Assembly: GCF_000010065.1 (NCBI RefSeq)
Contig: NC_006576.1
Location: 1,620,001-1,652,000, forward strand
DNA from: Synechococcus elongatus PCC 6301
GTDB lineage: Bacteria > Cyanobacteriota > Cyanobacteriia > Synechococcales > Synechococcaceae
Direction of reading: 5' to 3'
DNA: 32,000 nt
Shown: one piece after another, positions 27,081 to 32,000 of the stretch
How positions within the stretch are numbered: the first letter of the stretch is position 1
Layout: every line of letters starts with the position of its first letter
Notes under the pieces: generated by a model
The model's database searches: none
What the model saw: only the letters and a program-made list of their open reading frames with translations
Told to the model about the DNA's origin: nothing
Position numbers and translations under genes: made by a program

Positions 27081-27845
27081 CTACCAAGGAATTGGGCTGC
27101 CATCCCAAGCAAAGAACTGGCCGCTGTCTGCTGCAGTCAAGCCACTGATCACAGCCAACAGCTGACGCACAGTGCGATCGGGACTGAACAGTTTTTCAGG
27201 CGGAACGTTCGCTTGAAAGGGAGCTGAAAGATCGGTGGCGGTGGTGCCTGGATGGAGTGCAACCACGATCGCGTTTGGATGCCGCCGCTGCCATTCCAAT
27301 GCCAAGGTGCGCGTCAGCATATTCAGCGCCGACTTCGAAGCGCGATAGCTATACCAGCCACCTAGTTGGTTATCGCCAATGCTGCCGACTCGCGCCGAAA
27401 TATTGGCCAAAACCGCTGGTTCTTTGTGCTTAAACAGCGGTTCCAAGGCTTGCACCATCAAGATTGGGCCAAAAGTATTGGTCGTAAAAGTCTGCAGCAA
27501 CAACTCACGACTGACTTGCGCTAACCGTTTTTCCGGCGCTAGACCGTTGCCATGCAAAAAGCCTGAGGCATTTACCAGCAAATCCAGTCGCGGCACGATC
27601 GCTGCTGCCTTCTCTGCTGCTGCCGCGATCGCCTGATCATCTGCGAGATTAAGGGGAATCAGTTGGAGGCGATCGCCGTACTGCTGCCGTAGGGCTTGCA
27701 GGCCCGAACTCTCGGCAGGCTGACGGCTGCTCGCCAAGACGCATTCAACCTGTGGTTGCGCCAGCAAATTCTCGACAAACGCGAGACCAATGCCCCGACT
27801 CGCTCCTTGAATAAAGGCAAATCGGGGTTGAAAAGCAGCTGTCAT
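27081..27845 (-). CDS. Short-chain dehydrogenase/reductase (C-factor/CsgA-like)
   Basis: FAFIQGASRGIGLAFVENLLAQ, LLVNASGFLH, SARVGSIGDNQLGGWYSYRASKSALNMLTRTLALE (YxxxK), VVALHPGTTATDLS. Confidence 0.88.
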   Translation of the reverse strand: MTAAFQPRFAFIQGASRGIGLAFVENLLAQPQVECVLASSRQPAESSGLQALRQQYGDRLQLIPLNLADDQAIAAAAEKAAAIVPRLDLLVNASGFLHGNGLAPEKRLAQVSRELLLQTFTTNTFGPILMVQALEPLFKHKEPAVLANISARVGSIGDNQLGGWYSYRASKSALNMLTRTLALEWQRRHPNAIVVALHPGTTATDLSAPFQANVPPEKLFSPDRTVRQLLAVISGLTAADSGQFFAWDGSPIPW

Positions 27846-27854
27846 CGTTGGGGG

Positions 27855-28487
27855 CTAAGAGAGCAGTTCCAGATCGCTGAAGCGGAAACTGATCGTTCCT
27901 GAATCTGATCGAATCGTGCGAGCGCTCAGCAGTTGGTAACCGCCGACGGTGATGTATTCGTCTTCAAATTCGCTGCGATCGCCTTTTTGTTCGCCCGTCG
28001 TCGGGTCGTGGTAGACCGAGTCGTAGCGGTGCGAGAGGTAGCCCTCGGCGCTTTTGTGGGTGCTGAAGGTGTTGATCGTCACGACTACGCCGTGAATGTG
28101 GCGGTGCACCAGCACGACTTCGTTATCGCGCACTTTGTAGCGATCGCCAGCAGACTTGCCGTTGACCAAAATTTCAACAGTGCCGTCGTTATCGCTGTTG
28201 CCGAATTCAAACTCGTTTTTGCCGTGGGTGTCTTCAAAGCCCCGACGGACGCGGTGAATCGCCACTTCAAACAACTGACCGTGGATCAGTTTGACCACTT
28301 CCGGCTCCTCAATGCCGGAGATGCTGGGCTTGAGGTCAGCACTGACTTCCACTGCACCTTGCCAGGACTGGTTGCCATCGCTGTAGGTGACGTTGGCGCG
28401 ATAGCCGGGGAAATTGGCATCCCAGGTGTAGCGGTTTTCGTAGGCGGCGCGGAACAGTTCCCGTGCCGAAAGCTGAGCAGCGACCAT
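27855..28487 (-). CDS. Cyanobacterial DUF3386-like protein
   Basis: 210-aa hydrophilic protein MVAAQLSARELFRAAYENRYTWDANFPGYRANVTY...; family assigned from recall. Confidence 0.65.
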   Translation of the reverse strand: MVAAQLSARELFRAAYENRYTWDANFPGYRANVTYSDGNQSWQGAVEVSADLKPSISGIEEPEVVKLIHGQLFEVAIHRVRRGFEDTHGKNEFEFGNSDNDGTVEILVNGKSAGDRYKVRDNEVVLVHRHIHGVVVTINTFSTHKSAEGYLSHRYDSVYHDPTTGEQKGDRSEFEDEYITVGGYQLLSARTIRSDSGTISFRFSDLELLS

Positions 28488-28574
28488 GTCAACGCCTCTA
28501 AAATGATGCGATCGAAACTCTTCCTAGCGTAGCGATCGCCGGTTGTGATGCGTGAGACGATCGCAGACTACCGA

Positions 28575-29396
28575 TCAGAATGCTTGCAGCGGTTTGATCT
28601 GCAACAGCGTTTCACTCAGCTCAGCGTGAATCTGACCGTTCGTAGCCAAAATCCGACCACTGGAAATGTCAAACGGACTGCGATCGTAGGCAGTAACGAG
28701 TCCGCCCGCTTCCTGAACGAGCACCACACCAGCGGCCAGATCCCAAGGCGAAAGTCCGCGTTCCCAATAGCCATCCAAGCGCCCGCAGGCCACATAGGAC
28801 AAATCTAAGGCTGCTGATCCGCCCCGTCGTACCCCTTGGGTGACATGGGTCAAGCGACAGAACTCGGCGTAGTTGTTGTCCTCAACCTCGCAGCGATCGT
28901 AGGCAAAGCCTGTCACTAAGAGGGATTTCGCCAATTTTTCTGTTTTAGAAACCCGGATTGGTTGGCGATTCAGGGTTGCTCCCAGTCCTTGAGCAGCGCG
29001 GAACAATTCCTTGAGGTAAGGCGCATAGAAGACGCCAACGATTGGCTGATTTTGATAGAGCAGCGCGATCGAAGTTCCACAAAAGGGATAGCCGTGGGCG
29101 TAATTGGTGGTGCCATCCAGTGGATCGACGGCCCAAGAGAATTCCTGCTGGCGATCGCCGCTCCAGCCCGATTCTTCAGCAAGGACGGCATGGTCAGGGC
29201 AGTGACGTTCCAAAACGCTGAGAACCGCTGCCTCCGCTGCGCGATCGGCTTCTGTCAGCAGATCACCGGGACGTCCTTTCTCTTCGATCTGGGTTAACCG
29301 CCCCCAAAAGCGATCGAGTTCAGCCCCTGCTGCCAAGGCCGCTTCTGTCGCCACATCCAACCAGATTTGGAGCAGGCGATCGCTAATTGCTGTCAC
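28575..29396 (-). CDS. suhB: Inositol monophosphatase family protein
   Basis: LLTEADRAAEAAVLSVLERHCPDHAVLAEESG, WAVDPLDGTTNYAHGYPFCGTSIAL, WERGLSPWDLAAGVVLVQEAGG. Confidence 0.92.
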   Translation of the reverse strand: MTAISDRLLQIWLDVATEAALAAGAELDRFWGRLTQIEEKGRPGDLLTEADRAAEAAVLSVLERHCPDHAVLAEESGWSGDRQQEFSWAVDPLDGTTNYAHGYPFCGTSIALLYQNQPIVGVFYAPYLKELFRAAQGLGATLNRQPIRVSKTEKLAKSLLVTGFAYDRCEVEDNNYAEFCRLTHVTQGVRRGGSAALDLSYVACGRLDGYWERGLSPWDLAAGVVLVQEAGGLVTAYDRSPFDISSGRILATNGQIHAELSETLLQIKPLQAF

Positions 29397-29399
29397 GGC

Positions 29400-29768
29400 T
29401 TATTCCTCGTCCAAGGGCAGGCCAAAGCTGACTTTTCCTTGGCCAAAATAGCGACCAAACTGCAGCATGTAGACTTCGTCTTCGTCTTGGGTCTCCACAA
29501 TCACATCCGATCGCGGATAGCTAACGCAGAGCAGGGCATAACCGCGCTGGCGTAGCGGAGCTGAGAGTCCCATGGCCTCGGTTTGCTCGATCGCGCCGCC
29601 GAGAACGCGCACTGCACAGGCTGTGCAAGCCCCATTGCGGCAGGAGAACGGTAACTCATAACCTTGCTCTTCGGCGGTTTGCAGGATGTAGCGATCGGGC
29701 GGAACCTGCACCGTAAACTCCTCATCGGTACGGCGATCGCGAATGCGGACGGTGTAAGTGTCGCTCAT
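29400..29768 (-). CDS. 2Fe-2S plant-type ferredoxin with C-terminal extension
   Basis: YELPFSCRNGACTACAVRVLGG...YALLCVSYPRSDVIVETQDEDEVY, i.e. C-X4-C-X2-C ... C. Confidence 0.9.
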   Translation of the reverse strand: MSDTYTVRIRDRRTDEEFTVQVPPDRYILQTAEEQGYELPFSCRNGACTACAVRVLGGAIEQTEAMGLSAPLRQRGYALLCVSYPRSDVIVETQDEDEVYMLQFGRYFGQGKVSFGLPLDEE

Positions 29769-29861
29769 GCGGGGTTCCCGGCAGCCAACTGCTGTTTTGA
29801 CCGAAGTTCTCTGCTACGATATCAAGTCTGTGCGAGACAACTAAATAGTTCTTGCCCCCAT

Positions 29862-29948
29862 GGAGAGATGGCCGAGCGGTTGAAGGCGCAGCACTGGAAA
29901 TGCTGTTTAGGGGTAACTCTAACGAGGGTTCGAATCCCTCTCTCTCCG
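29862..29948 (+). tRNA. tRNA-Ser (anticodon GGA)
   Basis: Acceptor GGAGAGA/TCTCTCC plus G; D arm GCCGAGCGGTTGAAGGC; anticodon arm CAGCA-CTGGAAA-TGCTG; long class II variable arm TTTAGGGGTAACTCTAAC; T arm GAGGGTTCGAATCCCTC. Confidence 0.96.
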
Positions 29949-30076
29949 TTTTAATTTCCCGCATAACTTCCCTTGATGCCGTCAGTTATCAAGGAGCGAA
30001 GGGCTGCAAGCTAGAATGGGTCAGCCATTTTCGGCCACTGGTTGAAAGGCGTGCCCCCACCCTAGTTTGAGACAGC

Positions 30077-32000
30077 ATGGGACGAGTCGTAGGCATTGAC
30101 CTCGGAACGACGAACTCCGTTATTGCCGTGATGGAAGGCGGCAAGCCGATGGTGATCGCCAACGCTGAGGGCGTTCGAACAACGCCATCCGTCGTCGGTG
30201 TTAGCAAAACTGGCGAGCGATTGGTGGGCGAGTTGGCCCGCCGCCAGTTGGTGCTCAATCCGCGTAATACTTTTGCCAACATCAAACGCTTTATCGGCCG
30301 TCGCTACGATGAGCTGACCGACGAATCGAAGCGGGTGCCCTACACGGTGCGCCGCGATCCTGAGGGCAATGTGCGAATTGTTTGCCCCCAGCTCAGCCGC
30401 GAGTTCGCGCCGGAAGAAGTAGCGGCGATGATTCTGCGCAAGCTGGCGGAAGAAGCCAGTCGCTATTTGGGTGAGCCAGTTACCGGTGCGGTGATTACGG
30501 TTCCGGCCTATTTCAATGACTCCCAGCGCCAAGCCACACGGGATGCCGGTCGGATTGCTGGCCTGGAAGTCAAACGGATTTTGAATGAGCCAACGGCGGC
30601 TTCGTTAGCCTATGGCCTCGATCGCCGTGATAACCAAACAATTTTGGTCTTTGACTTGGGTGGCGGCACCTTTGATGTTTCGGTGCTAGAGGTCGGCAAC
30701 GGTGTCTTCGAAGTCAAAGCCACTAGTGGCGATACCCAGCTGGGTGGTAATGACTTCGATCGCCGCATTGTCGACTGGCTGGCGGAACAGTTCCTCGAAG
30801 CGGAAGGCATTGACCTGCGCCGCGATCGCCAAGCCCTGCAGCGTCTGATTGAGGCGGCAGAGAAAGCCAAGATCGAGCTATCGGGCGTCAGCGTCACCGA
30901 TATCAATCTGCCGTTCATCACGGCTACGGAAGATGAACCGAAGCACTTAGAAACGCGACTGACGCGATCGGAATTTGAAGCGCTCTGCGAAGACTTGCTG
31001 GAGCGGATGATGCGGCCGTTGCGTCGAGCCTTGAAAGATGCTCGCTTGCAACCCCAAGACATTGATGAAGTCGTGCTGGTGGGCGGCTCAACCCGCATGC
31101 CGATGGTGCAGCAGTTGGTGCGATCGCTGATTGGTCGTGAACCAAACCAGAACGTCAATCCCGATGAAGTTGTCGCGATCGGGGCAGCGATTCAAGCCGG
31201 TATTCTGGCGGGCGAAGTCAAGGACATTCTCTTGCTGGATGTGACGCCGCTATCGCTGGGGCTGGAGACGATCGGCGGCGTGATGAAAAAGCTGATCCCG
31301 CGTAATACGGCCATTCCCGTGCGGCGATCGGATATTTTCTCCACGGCTGAAAACAATCAGACGATGGTCGAAATCCATATCTTGCAGGGTGAACGTCAGC
31401 TAGCGGAGGGGAATAAGTCTCTGGGGCGTTTCAAACTAACGGGCATTCCACCCGCTCCGCGTGGGGTGCCGCAGGTACAGGTGTCGTTTGATATCGACGC
31501 CAATGGCATTCTCCAAGTCTCGGCGCTGGATAAGACAACTGGACGGGAGCAAACGGTCACGATTCAAGGGGCATCGACGCTGTCTCAGGAAGAAGTGAAG
31601 CGGATGATGAAGGATGCCGAACTCTATGCCCAGCAAGATCGGCAACTGAAAGCGCGGATTGAGAAGCGGAATCGTGCCCAAACCCTGATCGCTCAATCAG
31701 AGCGTCGCCTGCGGGAAATTTCCCTCGACTTTGGCCTCTACTTTGCGGAATCGAAGCGCCGCCGCATTGAAAGCACGATTCGCGAGTTGAAGGACTACCT
31801 TGAACGCCAAGACGATCGCGGTTTGGATTTAGCCCTAGCGGAATTGCAGGACGCGCTGTTCGACCTCAATCAAGAGACAGCAGCGCGGCTGCGCGATGAA
31901 GAAGGCGAAGGCTTCTTTGAACCGCTCAAGCAGACCTTTGCCAGCCTCCGAGGGGATGGCAATCGCGACTTTGAGCGTAGTTGGGACGATCGCGGTGGCG
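30077..32000 (+). CDS. dnaK: Hsp70 chaperone DnaK, N-terminal 641 codons; truncated by the right edge
   Basis: [95 protein letters not shown]. Not in the ORF track because it has no stop in the window. Confidence 0.96.
   Translation, partial: MGRVVGIDLGTTNSVIAVMEGGKPMVIANAEGVRTTPSVVGVSKTGERLVGELARRQLVLNPRNTFANIKRFIGRRYDELTDESKRVPYTVRRDPEGNVRIVCPQLSREFAPEEVAAMILRKLAEEASRYLGEPVTGAVITVPAYFNDSQRQATRDAGRIAGLEVKRILNEPTAASLAYGLDRRDNQTILVFDLGGGTFDVSVLEVGNGVFEVKATSGDTQLGGNDFDRRIVDWLAEQFLEAEGIDLRRDRQALQRLIEAAEKAKIELSGVSVTDINLPFITATEDEPKHLETRLTRSEFEALCEDLLERMMRPLRRALKDARLQPQDIDEVVLVGGSTRMPMVQQLVRSLIGREPNQNVNPDEVVAIGAAIQAGILAGEVKDILLLDVTPLSLGLETIGGVMKKLIPRNTAIPVRRSDIFSTAENNQTMVEIHILQGERQLAEGNKSLGRFKLTGIPPAPRGVPQVQVSFDIDANGILQVSALDKTTGREQTVTIQGASTLSQEEVKRMMKDAELYAQQDRQLKARIEKRNRAQTLIAQSERRLREISLDFGLYFAESKRRRIESTIRELKDYLERQDDRGLDLALAELQDALFDLNQETAARLRDEEGEGFFEPLKQTFASLRGDGNRDFERSWDDRGG

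Noticed and set aside
27933-28532. 199-aa plus-strand ORF, nearly as long as its partner
   Set aside because: Repetitive V/A/D/F composition typical of an antisense frame; the minus-strand protein (DUF3386-like) is more protein-like.
30062-31158. Minus-strand ORFs of 156 and 182 aa
   Set aside because: Antisense to the unmistakable dnaK coding sequence.
1-32000. CRISPR arrays, transposases, phage genes, toxin-antitoxin or defence islands
   Set aside because: I saw no regularly spaced direct repeats, transposase-like ORFs, integrases or known defence domains. The window is a dense set of core metabolic genes, so I make no claim of a new mobile or defence system.

Overview
This window looks like ordinary chromosome from a unicellular cyanobacterium. 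The dense GCGATCGC (HIP1) palindromes and the gene set point to Synechococcus elongatus (PCC 7942/6301-type); that assignment is from recall and inference, with no database check. It opens with the N-terminal part of dnaN on the minus strand, followed by a compact replication-origin-like region at about 870-1100 with roughly ten DnaA boxes. After that come housekeeping and metabolic genes: a HAD hydrolase, thrC, CbiX-like chelatase plus cobA, a DUF1400-type protein, xthA, thrS, the cytochrome oxidase genes (coxC-coxA-coxB on minus, ctaA-ctaB on plus), a MIF-like tautomerase, a MurG-like glycosyltransferase, a CYTH protein, a Gfo/Idh/MocA oxidoreductase, a DUF21/CBS transporter-like protein, a tRNA with anticodon CAT, pyrE, a pair of prepilin-like genes, a ComB family phosphatase, a UbiD family decarboxylase, DUF202, Rrf2, SDR, a DUF3386-like gene, suhB, a 2Fe-2S ferredoxin, tRNA-Ser(GGA), and dnaK running off the right edge. 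I found no CRISPR array, transposon, prophage, toxin-antitoxin pair or clear defence system. The most interesting signal is the origin architecture. Abutting DnaA boxes, a short GC-rich spacer, TAG-type DnaA-trio repeats and an AT-rich tract are arranged as in the B. subtilis basal unwinding system. I do not see convincing evidence of a wholly new system.
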